NCBI GenBank assembly: GCA_026705025.1
Contig: JAPPBN010000046.1
Location: 4,031 to 68,030, forward strand
Source of the DNA: Chloroflexota bacterium
GTDB taxonomy: Bacteria; Chloroflexota; Dehalococcoidia; Bin125
Length of the DNA: 64,000 bases
Direction: 5' to 3'
Position numbers and translations under genes: made by a program. This document shows, piece by piece, positions 40,235 to 49,927 of this stretch. How positions within the stretch are numbered: position 1 is the stretch's first letter; the number at the start of each line of letters is the position of its first letter. The notes below the pieces were generated by a model. The model had not been told where the DNA came from. It saw only the letters and a list, made by a program, of their open reading frames with translations, and ran no database searches.

Positions 40235-40933
40235 TTAGCCGGCGGCCTGGGCGTAGATCTGGGGTGGGATCTCCGGGTTCTGGCTGTCGGGATCGGTGAG
40301 TTGGTCGAGGAATAGGAGAATTTGTTGCTCGGATTGTCCCTTGAGGTGGGGGAAATGTTCGACGGCTTCGGCGATCAGGGCGTGGATGTCGGGTGATGGT
40401 GCGGTTTCTGCGGGAATTTTTTCTTCGGAGGGCTGAGATTCGACGATCTCCTGCTCTGGACTGGAGATCGTGGAATTGGAGGGTTCAATTTGTGCTGATT
40501 TGGTGATGGTTTCTGCCAGTTTTTGCGGCTCTTCGTCGAACAGATCGGGTTGGTCGGGGCGCTGGGCGGCTCGGCGGTGGACATCGTGGGCGGTGCGGCG
40601 GATTTCTCGGGCGAGGTGGTTGAGCTGGGTCTCCTGGGCGTCGCGGGCGCGGAGATAGTCGACCGGGGTGAGGCGGCTGGCATTGTCGGCGACGTAGTCG
40701 CGCTTGATGGCGAGGGTGAGGCGGATCTGGAGCAAATGGAGCGACTCGAGCAGGAGGTCGTCGGCCGAGGCGGCTGCGATGGTGGCCCAGTGGGTCTGGG
40801 CGAGCTTGAGATCGGCGCGGACGGTGGCGACGGAGATGTTGAGCTTCTCGGCGATCTGGCGCAAGGTGTGTCCTTGCTGGCGGAGGTGGTGGGCGCGCAT
40901 GATGCGTCGGCGGCGTTTGGGCGGGATGAACAT
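40235..40933 (-). CDS. Orphan HTH DNA-binding protein with low-complexity tail, LexA-boxed
   Basis: GHTLRQIAEKLNISVATVRADL HTH; helical middle region; QPDLF motif; AAAGG upstream. Confidence 0.8.
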   Translation of the reverse strand: MFIPPKRRRRIMRAHHLRQQGHTLRQIAEKLNISVATVRADLKLAQTHWATIAAASADDLLLESLHLLQIRLTLAIKRDYVADNASRLTPVDYLRARDAQETQLNHLAREIRRTAHDVHRRAAQRPDQPDLFDEEPQKLAETITKSAQIEPSNSTISSPEQEIVESQPSEEKIPAETAPSPDIHALIAEAVEHFPHLKGQSEQQILLFLDQLTDPDSQNPEIPPQIYAQAAG

Positions 40934-40955
40934 GATCGGGGCCTTTCGCGGTACG

Positions 40956-40992
40956 GAACGGACGTTCTGTTAACTGTAGCGAAAGGATGTTC
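40956..40992 (-). promoter_or_regulatory. Two LexA (SOS) boxes flanking -10 TACAGT
   Basis: Perfect GAACgtccGTTC at 40956-40967 and GAACatccTTTC at 40981-40992; GAAC-N4-GTTC is the known Gram-positive/Dehalococcoides LexA consensus. Confidence 0.75.
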
Positions 40993-41021
40993 GGTGTTGG
41001 TGTGTTGTGGGTGACGGAGGG

Positions 41022-41056
41022 GCCCTCACCCCAACCCTCTCCCAGAGGGAGAGGGA
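41022..41056 (+). repeat. REP-like palindromic repeat
   Basis: gccctcaccccaaccctctcccagagggagaggga. Confidence 0.8.
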
Positions 41057-41106
41057 GTCGGAACGAGAGGGGGACGGTGGGGCTGCGTGGGAGGATCGCG
41101 GTCTGG

Positions 41107-41127
41107 GCCCCGCATCAAGTGCGGGGC
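41107..41127. repeat. Second REP-like hairpin gccccgca-tcaag-tgcggggc
   Basis: 8-bp perfect stem; identical core at 40166-40185; may also act as the proB terminator. Confidence 0.7.
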
Positions 41128-41144
41128 ATCGGAGAGGGGTCGGG

Positions 41145-42272
41145 TCAATCGGTTCTTGGGAGGAGGGCGAGATTGTTGCGGTGGACGACGGCGGAGCCGT
41201 AGCTGTAGCCGAGTGCTTCGGCGATCTCGGAGGATTTCTTGCCGCGGATCTTCATCGTTTCGGCGGAGGAATAGTTGCTGATGCCGACGGCGACGGGGAT
41301 GTCGTCGGCGTCGTACAGCTGGATGATGTCGCCGCGTTCGAACTGGCCGCGGACATTGGTGATTCCGGCCGGCAGCAGGCTGCGGCCCTGCCGGGTCAGT
41401 GCGGTCACCGCGCCCTGGTCGAGGTCGATGCCTTCGCCGTTGTGGAGACCGGCGAGCAGCCAGCGTTCGCGGCTGTCGCGGATCGTGGTGTCGGCGGGGA
41501 CGAGCGTGCCCAGGCGTTCTCCGCCCGCGATCCGGCTGATCACGTTGGGCTCGTGTCCGGAAGCGATCACCACTTCGGTTCCGCCCGCGGACGCGCGGCG
41601 CGCGGCCTCCAGCTTGGCCCGCATGCCGCCCCGGCTGCGTTCGTCGACGTCGCCGGCCGCTTGCATCATCGAGCCGGGATTGTGCAGAACGGGAATCAGC
41701 TTCGCCTCCTCGTGCGAACGCGGGTCGTGATCGTAGACGCCGTCGACGTCGCTGAGCAGGATCAGCAGGTCGGCGTCGATCAGGTTGGCGATCAGCGCCG
41801 ACAGGGCGTCGTTCTCGCCGAAGGCGCCGCCGCGGAGCTCCTCGTCGGCGACGACGTCGTTCTCGTTGATGATCGGCACGACGCCGTACTGGAGCAGGCG
41901 GAGCAGCGTGTTGCGCACGTTGAGGTACCCGCGGCGCTCGGTCACATCGCCGCGCGTGATCAGCGCCTGGGCGGCGGTCAGGCTGTAGCGCTGGAGCAAC
42001 GAGTCATAACGCTGCACGAGCTGAGCCTGTCCGATCGCGGCCAGGGCCTGGCGGGCGCCGACCGAGGAACGGGTCTTGCTGACGCCGACCCGGGCGCGTC
42101 CGGCGGTCACCGCGCCGGAGGTGACGACCGCGACCTGGGCGCCCTCGAGGCGCAGTTCCGCGACCTGCCGGACGACTGCTTCGAGCACTCCGGGGTCGAG
42201 GCGGTCGCTGCCGGAGGTGAGCAGGTTGGTACCGAGCTTGCAGATGATGCGGCGAGGTTGGCTGTCGGTCAT
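41145..42272 (-). CDS. proB: Glutamate 5-kinase
   Basis: CKLGT, VTSGAV, PIINEND, ENDALSA, GGMRAK, C-terminal PUA domain. Confidence 0.97.
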   Translation of the reverse strand: MTDSQPRRIICKLGTNLLTSGSDRLDPGVLEAVVRQVAELRLEGAQVAVVTSGAVTAGRARVGVSKTRSSVGARQALAAIGQAQLVQRYDSLLQRYSLTAAQALITRGDVTERRGYLNVRNTLLRLLQYGVVPIINENDVVADEELRGGAFGENDALSALIANLIDADLLILLSDVDGVYDHDPRSHEEAKLIPVLHNPGSMMQAAGDVDERSRGGMRAKLEAARRASAGGTEVVIASGHEPNVISRIAGGERLGTLVPADTTIRDSRERWLLAGLHNGEGIDLDQGAVTALTRQGRSLLPAGITNVRGQFERGDIIQLYDADDIPVAVGISNYSSAETMKIRGKKSSEIAEALGYSYGSAVVHRNNLALLPRTD

Positions 42273-42325
42273 CGAATCACCGCCAGCCGGCCCCGTTGGC
42301 TCCGTCTTGGGCTGATAATGGCGAC

Positions 42326-43453
42326 ATGCGATGGTCGCCACAGATGGATCTCGAGGCGCTGCGCGAGCGCGGGTTGCGCTGGCGTCGCTGGTTGGTGCTG
42401 CATCTCGGCTGGTGGCGGACCGATCTGCAGCTGCTGGCCAAACGGTCGGTCTCCGAGTTCCTCGACGACCACTGCGCCCAACTCGCGGCGTCGATGTCGT
42501 ACTACGTGTTCTTCTCGCTGTTCCCGCTGGCGATCCTGGTGGTCTCGATCGCCGGGGTGCTGCTGACCGATGACAGTTTGCGCGAGGAGGTCGTGGACGG
42601 GTTGTTCGAGCTGCTGCCGTTGCAGTCGGGGGCGGGCAAGGAGGATCTGGAGCAGTTGATCGAGCCGATCGCCGACGGCCGGTCGGCGGTCGGCGTGATA
42701 TCCGTGCTCGGTCTGATCTGGGCGGCGACGGGGATGATGTCGGCGCTGCGCTTCAGCCTCGACTCGGCCTGGGACCTGGAGTTCCGCCGGCCGTTCGTGC
42801 GCGGCAAGCTGGTCGACCTGGGGCTGGTCCTGGGCGTGGGCGGGTTGCTGACGATCTCGATCGGCGCGACGGCGGTGCTGCAGGTCGGCACCGATGTGTC
42901 GGACTCGGTGTCGGACTCGCTGGGTCCGTTCGGCGCTGAGGCGACAGGATTCTTCCGCCTGGTCACGGTGCTGCTGCCGTTCCTGCTGACCTGGACGACG
43001 TTCACGATCATCTACAAGGTCGTGCCCAGCGTCACGACGCGGGTGCGCGATGTGGTCGCCGGGGCGCTGGTCGGCGCGCTGCTGTTCGAGGCGCTGAAGC
43101 ACGGATTCGCCTTCTACCTGCGCAACTTCTCCAACTATGACGCGGTGTACGGATCGCTGGGCGCAGCGATTGCCCTGCTCTTCTTCGTCTATCTCGCTGC
43201 CTGTGTGCTGCTGTTCGGCGCGGAGATCGCGGCGGAGTGGCCGCGAGTGATGTACGGCCACTACGACGATGAGGACGACGAAGCAGAGGAAGAAACCGGG
43301 CCGACGACGCTGCGCGAACGGGTGCGTCAGGCGGCGGCCCGGCAGTTGGTCCACGATCAACCGATTCCGACGAACGCTCCGGACGAAGGCGCGCGAACCG
43401 CGCGCCAGGAGCGGCGATCGGCGGAGCGCAGCCAGCGGCTCGGCGACGAGTGA
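42326..43453 (+). CDS. YihY/virulence factor BrkB family membrane protein
   Basis: AASMSYY.FFSLFP, YDAVYGSLGA, LLFGAEI. Confidence 0.92.
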   Translation: MRWSPQMDLEALRERGLRWRRWLVLHLGWWRTDLQLLAKRSVSEFLDDHCAQLAASMSYYVFFSLFPLAILVVSIAGVLLTDDSLREEVVDGLFELLPLQSGAGKEDLEQLIEPIADGRSAVGVISVLGLIWAATGMMSALRFSLDSAWDLEFRRPFVRGKLVDLGLVLGVGGLLTISIGATAVLQVGTDVSDSVSDSLGPFGAEATGFFRLVTVLLPFLLTWTTFTIIYKVVPSVTTRVRDVVAGALVGALLFEALKHGFAFYLRNFSNYDAVYGSLGAAIALLFFVYLAACVLLFGAEIAAEWPRVMYGHYDDEDDEAEEETGPTTLRERVRQAAARQLVHDQPIPTNAPDEGARTARQERRSAERSQRLGDE

Positions 43454-43460
43454 CGGCCGG

Positions 43461-46400
43461 TCAGGCGCGGTCGAGCGCGAGGGTGATAGCTGCCCCATCG
43501 ATGTCCGCTTCGGTGTGGTGTTCCCCGAGTTGCATGTCTGCGCCGTCGACGGAGATGCTGGTGGCGAGCGTCTCGGCGGCAATCAGTGATTCAAACTCTG
43601 ACACAGCAGAGGCGAGCTGGTGATCGTCGGACGACAATTGCAGGGAGATTCGGTCGTCGGGGTCGAGTCCCGAGTCGCGGCGCAGGCCCTGGATCCGGTT
43701 GATCACCTCGCGCGCCATGCCCTCGGCGATCAGTTCGGCGGTCAGTTCGGTCGTGAGCTGCACGGCGCAGCGATCGTCCTCGGCCGAAGCGGCGCTCGCC
43801 GCGGCGTCGGTGTCGACCTCGATCAGCAGGTCGCCGGCCTGCAGTTCGATGCCTTCGATCTCAATCGCCTGTCCCGATTCAGCGGCCTGCGCGATCTGCG
43901 AGGCCAGTTCGGGCGACAGGTCGCCCAACGCGGAGCGCAGGGCCGGCAGTTTCGGCCCGAGACGCGGTCCGAGAACTCGGAGGTTGGGCTTGATCGTGTA
44001 GCGGCGCGAGTCAGCTGCGGCGTCGGCGAGGGTGACGGACTTGACGTTGAGTTCCTCAGCGATCGTGGCGCGATGCCGCTGAACCGCTTTGGCGTCCTGC
44101 TCCGAACGGACGGCGACGCTGACGGCCGGCAGGGGCTGGCGCACCTTGATCCCGGCTCCGCTGCGGGCCGAGCGTCCCAGTGAGGCGACGCGCTGCACGA
44201 GTTGCATCTCGTGGTTGAGGGCCTCGTCGATCAACGAAGCATCGGCGACCGGCCAGTTGGCGAGATGGACCGACTCGGCGGCGTCGGCGTCGGTCTCGGC
44301 GGCCAGGTTGCGCCAGATGTCTTCGGCTAGGTAGGGCGTCATCGGGGCGAGCAATCGGGCCAGCGTGGTGAGCACGGTGTGCAGTGTCTGGTAGGCGCTG
44401 CGCTTGGCGTCGAGGTCCGCGGCTGCGCCGCCTCGGGCGGACGACCAGAATCGGCGCCGGCTGCGGCGGACGTACCAGTTGGAGAGGGAGTCGACGAAGC
44501 CGTCGATCTCGCGGGCGGCGGTGGTCGGGTCGTAGTCGTCCAGCGCTTCGGTCACGCGGGCGATCAGGGCGTGTAGCTCGCTGATGATCCAGCGGTCCAG
44601 CTCGACCGTCGGCGGGGCCGGATCGGGATTAGGATGCCAGCCGTCGATGTTGGCGTAGGTGACGAAGAAGGAGTAGGTGTTCCAAAAGGTATGCAGGAAT
44701 CGGCGCTGGGCCTCGGTGACCAGTCGTGGCGAGAATCGGCGCGGATTGCCGGCCGGCGAGGCGACGTAGCAATACCAGCGCAGGGCGTCGGCGCCGCTCT
44801 GGTCGAGCACGGTCCAGGGATCGACGACGTTGCCCTTGGACTTGGACATCTTCTCGCCGGCTTCGTCGAGGATGTGTCCCAGTGAGATCACGTGGCGGAA
44901 GGAAATCGGTTCGGGCACGGCCTCGGCGCGGTGGAGCATCGCAGCTTCGGCATGGAGCGAGTAGAACCAGCCGCGCGTCTGGTCGACGGCTTCGCAGATG
45001 AAGTCGGCAGGGAAGCGCTCGTCGAAGCGATCCTGGTTCTCGAACGGATAGTGCCACTGCGCGTAAGGCATCGCGCCGGAGTCGAACCATGCGTCCGCGA
45101 CCTCAGGGCAGCGCCGAGCGGCGCCGTCGCAATGGTCGCAGCCGATCTCGATCTCGTCGACGAAGGGCCGGTGCGGATCGGTGAGGTCCGGCTCGACGCC
45201 GCTGAACGCTTTGGCCCGCTCTCGGAGTTCGTCGAAGGAGCCGACGCAGCACACGTAGTTGCATTCGTCGCAGCGCCAGAACGGGAGCGGCGTACCCCAG
45301 TAGCGCTCGCGGCTGACGGCCCAGTCGACGTTGTTGGCCAGCCAGTCGCCGTAGCGTCCGGTGCCTGTGTGCTCGGGGTGCCAGTTGATGAGCTCGGCGT
45401 TGGAGCTGGTGAGTGAATCCTTGGCCTGCGATGTGGCGATGTACCAGCTCGGCTTGGCGTAGTAGAGCAGCGGCGTATCGCAGCGCCAGCAGTAAGGATA
45501 CGTGTGCTCGTAGACATCTTTGCGCAGCAGGAGGCCGCGCGAGTCGAGGTCGTCCATGATGATCGAGTCTGCGTCCTTGACCCACTTGCCGACGAAGGCC
45601 GGTGCGCCTTCGGCCTCGGGATCTCCGACGATGCGGCCGCTGAGATCGACGGGTTGGCGGAAGAGCAATCCGACCTCTCGGCCGAGGAGGTAGTCGTCCT
45701 CGCCGAAGGCGGGCGCGATGTGGACGATGCCGGTACCGCTGTCCATCTCGACGAAGCCGGCCGCCGCCACCTTGCGCAGCGGCAGCGGTCCCTCGTCCTC
45801 GTGACATTCAATGAGGCGCGCGCCATCGAAGCGGTAGGTCGGCACGCCCCAGTGGTCAGGATCGTAGAGGCCGTCGTAGGTGACGTTGACCAACTCGGAA
45901 CCTGGCACCGTGGCGACGATCGACTGGTTCTCGATCACACCCTCGAGCGATGCGCCGACGAGTTGTTCGGCCAGGATCAGGCGCTCATCGGCGGAGATCC
46001 GGACGACGGCGTAGGTCTCGTCGGCGTTGAGCGCCAGTCCCGAGTTGGCCGGCAGCGTCCAGGGTGTAGTGGTCCAGGCGAGGAAGTCGGTGGCTCCGTC
46101 CCAGCGAAGTCGCTCGGGGAGGGAGTCGTTGTGGGCGCGGAAGCGGACGGTGACGGCCTGATCGCGGACGCCGTCCTGCATGCCCTGCGAGAGTTCGTGG
46201 CTGGAGAGGGAGGATTCGCAGCGCGGACAGTGGGGCGTGGTGCGGCGGGCTTCGTAGATCAATCCGGCGTCCCACAATGTCTTGAAGATCCACCAGCAGG
46301 ACTCGACATACTCGGGCGTGTAGGTGCGGTAGGCGTCGGACATGTCGATCCAGAACGCGACACGCTCGGTCATGTCCTCCCACTGTTGGACGTACTCCAT

Positions 46401-46853
46401 CACCGATTCGCGGCAGTGGCGATTGAACTCGGCGATGCCGTACTCCTCGATCGCCGGTTTGCTGTCGAGGCCGAGCATCTTCTCGACTTCGATCTCGACC
46501 GGCAGGCCGTGGGTGTCCCAGCCGCCCTTGCGCGGGACGCGCTTGCCGCGCATGGTCTGGTAGCGGGGGAAGAGGTCCTTGAACACGCGCGAGAGCACGT
46601 GGTGGACGCCGGGGGTGCCGTTGGCGGTCGGCGGGCCTTCGTAGAAGGAGTAGACGTCGTCCTCGGGCCGTTCTTCGACCGAGCGGCGGAAGATATCGCG
46701 GTCGCGCCAGAACTCGCGGATGCGCCGCTCGAGCTCGAGATGGGGCATCAGCGACCCGACGGGTCGGAATGGTTGGTCGCTGGCGGTTGGGGTCGACGAA
46801 TCGGGTTCGGAGCCTGCGGCTTCGGTAGCGGACTGGTTAGCTGTTTGAGCCAT
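43461..46853 (-). CDS. ileS: Isoleucyl-tRNA synthetase (type 2)
   Basis: EGPPTANG.PGVHH, GWDTHGLP, WTTTPWTL, DQTRGWF, KMSKS. Confidence 0.98.
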   Translation of the reverse strand: MAQTANQSATEAAGSEPDSSTPTASDQPFRPVGSLMPHLELERRIREFWRDRDIFRRSVEERPEDDVYSFYEGPPTANGTPGVHHVLSRVFKDLFPRYQTMRGKRVPRKGGWDTHGLPVEIEVEKMLGLDSKPAIEEYGIAEFNRHCRESVMEYVQQWEDMTERVAFWIDMSDAYRTYTPEYVESCWWIFKTLWDAGLIYEARRTTPHCPRCESSLSSHELSQGMQDGVRDQAVTVRFRAHNDSLPERLRWDGATDFLAWTTTPWTLPANSGLALNADETYAVVRISADERLILAEQLVGASLEGVIENQSIVATVPGSELVNVTYDGLYDPDHWGVPTYRFDGARLIECHEDEGPLPLRKVAAAGFVEMDSGTGIVHIAPAFGEDDYLLGREVGLLFRQPVDLSGRIVGDPEAEGAPAFVGKWVKDADSIIMDDLDSRGLLLRKDVYEHTYPYCWRCDTPLLYYAKPSWYIATSQAKDSLTSSNAELINWHPEHTGTGRYGDWLANNVDWAVSRERYWGTPLPFWRCDECNYVCCVGSFDELRERAKAFSGVEPDLTDPHRPFVDEIEIGCDHCDGAARRCPEVADAWFDSGAMPYAQWHYPFENQDRFDERFPADFICEAVDQTRGWFYSLHAEAAMLHRAEAVPEPISFRHVISLGHILDEAGEKMSKSKGNVVDPWTVLDQSGADALRWYCYVASPAGNPRRFSPRLVTEAQRRFLHTFWNTYSFFVTYANIDGWHPNPDPAPPTVELDRWIISELHALIARVTEALDDYDPTTAAREIDGFVDSLSNWYVRRSRRRFWSSARGGAAADLDAKRSAYQTLHTVLTTLARLLAPMTPYLAEDIWRNLAAETDADAAESVHLANWPVADASLIDEALNHEMQLVQRVASLGRSARSGAGIKVRQPLPAVSVAVRSEQDAKAVQRHRATIAEELNVKSVTLADAAADSRRYTIKPNLRVLGPRLGPKLPALRSALGDLSPELASQIAQAAESGQAIEIEGIELQAGDLLIEVDTDAAASAASAEDDRCAVQLTTELTAELIAEGMAREVINRIQGLRRDSGLDPDDRISLQLSSDDHQLASAVSEFESLIAAETLATSISVDGADMQLGEHHTEADIDGAAITLALDRA

Positions 46854-47157
46854 CGTCGGATGAATCCTCGGGGAATCGTTTCGCGATCTGCACACGGGCC
46901 AGTTGGGCGATGCGGTCGCGGGTTGGTTGGTCGAGCAGTTCGGCAGCTTCATCGAGCTGCCGGCTAATCCAGCCGCGGGCCTGTCGGGCGGAGGCTGCCT
47001 GGCCCTGGCGTCGGGACTGGTCGACCAGCGCCTGGGCGGCGCGTTCCGGATAGCGGGCCACGTTGTCGGCGACGTCGGCGTCGCTCGGCGGACGGGCGGT
47101 GGGCCGACCCTGGCCGCCCATCAGGCGCATCCAGCGTTGCGCCGTCGTGTCTGCCAT
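46837..47157 (-). CDS. Hypothetical protein
   Basis: AAGGA RBS; fills the gap upstream of ileS and overlaps its start. Confidence 0.55.
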   Translation of the reverse strand: MADTTAQRWMRLMGGQGRPTARPPSDADVADNVARYPERAAQALVDQSRRQGQAASARQARGWISRQLDEAAELLDQPTRDRIAQLARVQIAKRFPEDSSDDGSNS

Positions 47158-47185
47158 GTGGTCCTTCTTGGTGAACGGAGAATGT

Positions 47186-47659
47186 CTAGGAGCGTGTGCG
47201 TTCGAAGTCCGGGATCTCGACGCCCGGCTTGGGCGGGATCAGGCCGCGGCGCAGGTCCTGGTTGATGCCTTCGACCTGGCACGGGTGGATCCCCCAGCGC
47301 TGTTGAATCTCATCCATCTGGTAGCCGAGCGTCATAATCCGCTTGACGGTGGTGCAGAAGACGGGGCGATCGCCGCGGGGCAGGAAGGGCACCTCGATCA
47401 TGTCGCCGCACATGGCGCAGGCGGCGGGGTGCATCTGTCGCGGCGTGCGACCGCCGAACGATGCGGCGCCGCCGTAGCGGACGTAGCCGGCTTCGGCCTC
47501 GGGCGAGGTGCGGATCGACTTGCGCACCGAGCGGCACTCGGGGCAGCGGACCGGATCATTCTGCAGTCCCTTGGACTGGTAGAACTCCTGCTCGCCGGAG
47601 GTGAAGACGAACTCGCGTCCGCAGTCGCGGCATACGATCAAGCGATCCTGCAAGGCCAT
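47186..47659 (-). CDS. Zinc-ribbon / CxxC-x17-CxxC domain protein
   Basis: CRDCG.EFVFT.GEQEFY..KG..N.P.RC.EC followed by CAMCG..EVPF.PRGDRPVFC. Confidence 0.88.
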   Translation of the reverse strand: MALQDRLIVCRDCGREFVFTSGEQEFYQSKGLQNDPVRCPECRSVRKSIRTSPEAEAGYVRYGGAASFGGRTPRQMHPAACAMCGDMIEVPFLPRGDRPVFCTTVKRIMTLGYQMDEIQQRWGIHPCQVEGINQDLRRGLIPPKPGVEIPDFERTRS

Positions 47660-47771
47660 GGTTTCTCGCAACTGTTGTCGGTGACTGGGTGTATGTGAAT
47701 CCGAGAGCGCCGAAGCAGCAGCGCCGGAACATGCTCAACTCTATCAGAGGCAGCGCGGCGCTCCCGAGCCG

Positions 47772-49403
47772 TCAGCGTCGGAATGCACGCGACAGCACAG
47801 ACTCGACCCGGAGGATCAGCGCCTCCGCTTCTTCCTGTCTCATGATCAGACTGAGCACGAAGTAGACCACGGCGCCTCCGCTGACACAGAGCAGCAGCGT
47901 GATCCAGGAGTCGCGGGCGATGTCGAGCCCGATCAGCACCTCGATCAGGAGCCAGACCAGTTGCGCCATGATCACGGTCGCCACGATCGTTTTGGCCGTT
48001 GACCACCAGACAGCGCCGGAGAGCAACTGGCGACTCAACCGGCCATGGAGCAACAGCGTGAGCAGCAGAAACTCGGCGATTGCCGAGATCGAGAGCGCCA
48101 GGGCCAACCCCTTGAGCTCCAGGGGCCCGACCAGCACGGCGCAGAGGATGATGTTGAGCAGCATTGAGGAAATCGCGAGCGCGACAGGGGTGCGCGTATC
48201 GCCCAGGACATAGAACCCGCGGGAGACGATCTCGATGGCGGCGTGGGCGAAGACCCCAATCGAGTAGAACAGCAACGCGTCGCTGACCAGCTCGGTCGCG
48301 ACGGCGTCGAAAGCTCCGTGCTCGAGCAGGGTGGCGACGATTGAGTCGCGTAGCAGGAACATGCCGACTGACGCTGGAATGGCGAGGAACAGCGTGAAGC
48401 GAAGGGTTTGCGAGACCATCGCATTGACGGCGCTAGGCCCGGCGAGCGCGGCGCGCTCGGCCAGGCTGGGGAAGACTGCGGTGGCCAGCGACATGCCGAA
48501 CAGGCCGACGGGAAACATCAAGAGCAACCAGGCGAAGTTGAGCGCGGAGATCGACGAATCGCCGACCAGTGAACCGAAGAAGGTGAGCACGATCAGGTTG
48601 ATCTGGGCAGCGGCCAGCCCCAGCGTGCGAGGCGCCATCAGGCGCAGCACCTCGCGCGCCTCGAGGTCGCCCAGATTGAAATGCAGGCCGAGCCCGCCTC
48701 CGGATCGCCGCAGCGCAGTGGAGAGGGCCGGCAACTGGATCATCAGATGCAGCCCCGATCCGGCAACCACGCCGATGACGAGGGCCTCGACGCCCAGCTG
48801 TTCCGGCAGCAGCAAGGCGCCGAGGATGATCGCGAGGTTGTAGAGCATCGGCGAGATCGCCGGCAAGAGGAAGTGGCGGCGGGCGTGCAGGATGCCGGTC
48901 AGCATGCCGCTGATGGAGAAGAGGATGGGCGAGAGGAGCAGCACGCGGGTGAGGAAGATGGCGTCTTCGGTAATCGAGTCCTGAATCCCGGAGTCTTCAC
49001 CCAGTCCCGGCGCGAGGGCAGGAACGATCCACTCGGCAGCGAAGAAGACACCAATCGAGAGGGCGAGAGTGCCGATCAGCACCCAGTTCAGCACGATGCT
49101 GGCGAGTCGCCAGGCCGAGCGCTCGCCTCGGTGTTGCAGGACGCGGGCGTAGACGGGTATGAAGGCAGAGGCCAGCGTGGCGCCGGCCAACAGCTGAAAG
49201 ACGAGATCAGGCAGCCGCATCGCGACCCAGAAGGCGTCGAGCTCGACCGACGTGCCGTACTGGTCGGCGATCACGGCGGTGCGGGCGACGCCCAGCAGGC
49301 GAGAACCGAGGAACGAGACGCCGATCAGCAGCACCGCGCCGATAATGCCGCTACGGCTGCCGAAGAGTCGTCCACCAATCGATACCGGGGCGTTGAGGCT
49401 CAC
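47772..49403 (-). CDS. murJ: Lipid II flippase MurJ (MviN)
   Basis: SRLLGVAR, AFIPVY, SRGFY.LGDTRTP; about 14 TM segments. Confidence 0.95.
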   Translation of the reverse strand: MSLNAPVSIGGRLFGSRSGIIGAVLLIGVSFLGSRLLGVARTAVIADQYGTSVELDAFWVAMRLPDLVFQLLAGATLASAFIPVYARVLQHRGERSAWRLASIVLNWVLIGTLALSIGVFFAAEWIVPALAPGLGEDSGIQDSITEDAIFLTRVLLLSPILFSISGMLTGILHARRHFLLPAISPMLYNLAIILGALLLPEQLGVEALVIGVVAGSGLHLMIQLPALSTALRRSGGGLGLHFNLGDLEAREVLRLMAPRTLGLAAAQINLIVLTFFGSLVGDSSISALNFAWLLLMFPVGLFGMSLATAVFPSLAERAALAGPSAVNAMVSQTLRFTLFLAIPASVGMFLLRDSIVATLLEHGAFDAVATELVSDALLFYSIGVFAHAAIEIVSRGFYVLGDTRTPVALAISSMLLNIILCAVLVGPLELKGLALALSISAIAEFLLLTLLLHGRLSRQLLSGAVWWSTAKTIVATVIMAQLVWLLIEVLIGLDIARDSWITLLLCVSGGAVVYFVLSLIMRQEEAEALILRVESVLSRAFRR

Positions 49404-49488
49404 CCGCCCACTGTCGCAAACTGCGGCGGAAGATGCACGCCGGGCCAGATGACGTCGCGATGTTGGTCATTCTTGGACCGAAGAACGG

Positions 49489-49516
49489 TAGACACTCGCG
49501 GATCGGCTGATACGAT
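49489..49516 (+). promoter_or_regulatory. Putative rpsT promoter TAGACA-N16-(TGn)TACGAT
   Basis: Near-consensus hexamers upstream of a GAGGGG RBS. Confidence 0.5.
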
Positions 49517-49543
49517 GAGGCGGACTCAGAAAGAGGGGAAGTT

Positions 49544-49876
49544 GTGGCCAACAAGGCTGCCGCCGTCAAATATCTACGCCAGAGCCAGAAGCGGCGCATG
49601 CGCAACAAGCCGGTGCGCACATTTGCCCGCAGCACGGTTCGCGATGCGTTGGACGCCATCGACGATGCGCTCGACACGCAGGAGTGGACGGACGCCGACG
49701 ACGCCATCCAGCGCGCAGTCAGCGCCCTGGATCGAGCCGCGCAACGGGGCGTCATTCACGCCAACACCGCCGCTCGGCGCAAGTCGCGGCTGCTGCGTCA
49801 ATATCACGCGTCGCGGAATCCCGAGGCAACGTTTCGCCCCCGGAGTCGACCGCCTGAGCCGGCGCGCACGCCATAA
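49544..49876 (+). CDS. rpsT: 30S ribosomal protein S20
   Basis: K..RQS.KRR.RN; LDRAAQRGVIHANTAARRKSRL. Confidence 0.96.
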   Translation: MANKAAAVKYLRQSQKRRMRNKPVRTFARSTVRDALDAIDDALDTQEWTDADDAIQRAVSALDRAAQRGVIHANTAARRKSRLLRQYHASRNPEATFRPRSRPPEPARTP

Positions 49877-49927
49877 CTGAGCCCGCGCGGTGTCCTTGAC
49901 ACCGATATCTGGGCGATGGGCCCACCC

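Noticed and set aside
41007-42566. 519-aa plus-strand ORF and similar long antisense ORFs (e.g. 8353-9594, 45504-46967, 57608-58942)
   Set aside because: Shadow frames of well-supported genes, as expected in high-GC DNA; no recognisable motifs
46860-47185. T-box riboswitch upstream of ileS
   Set aside because: No T-box consensus (AAGGTGGCACC/GGTGG.ACC) seen; the region holds a plausible small CDS
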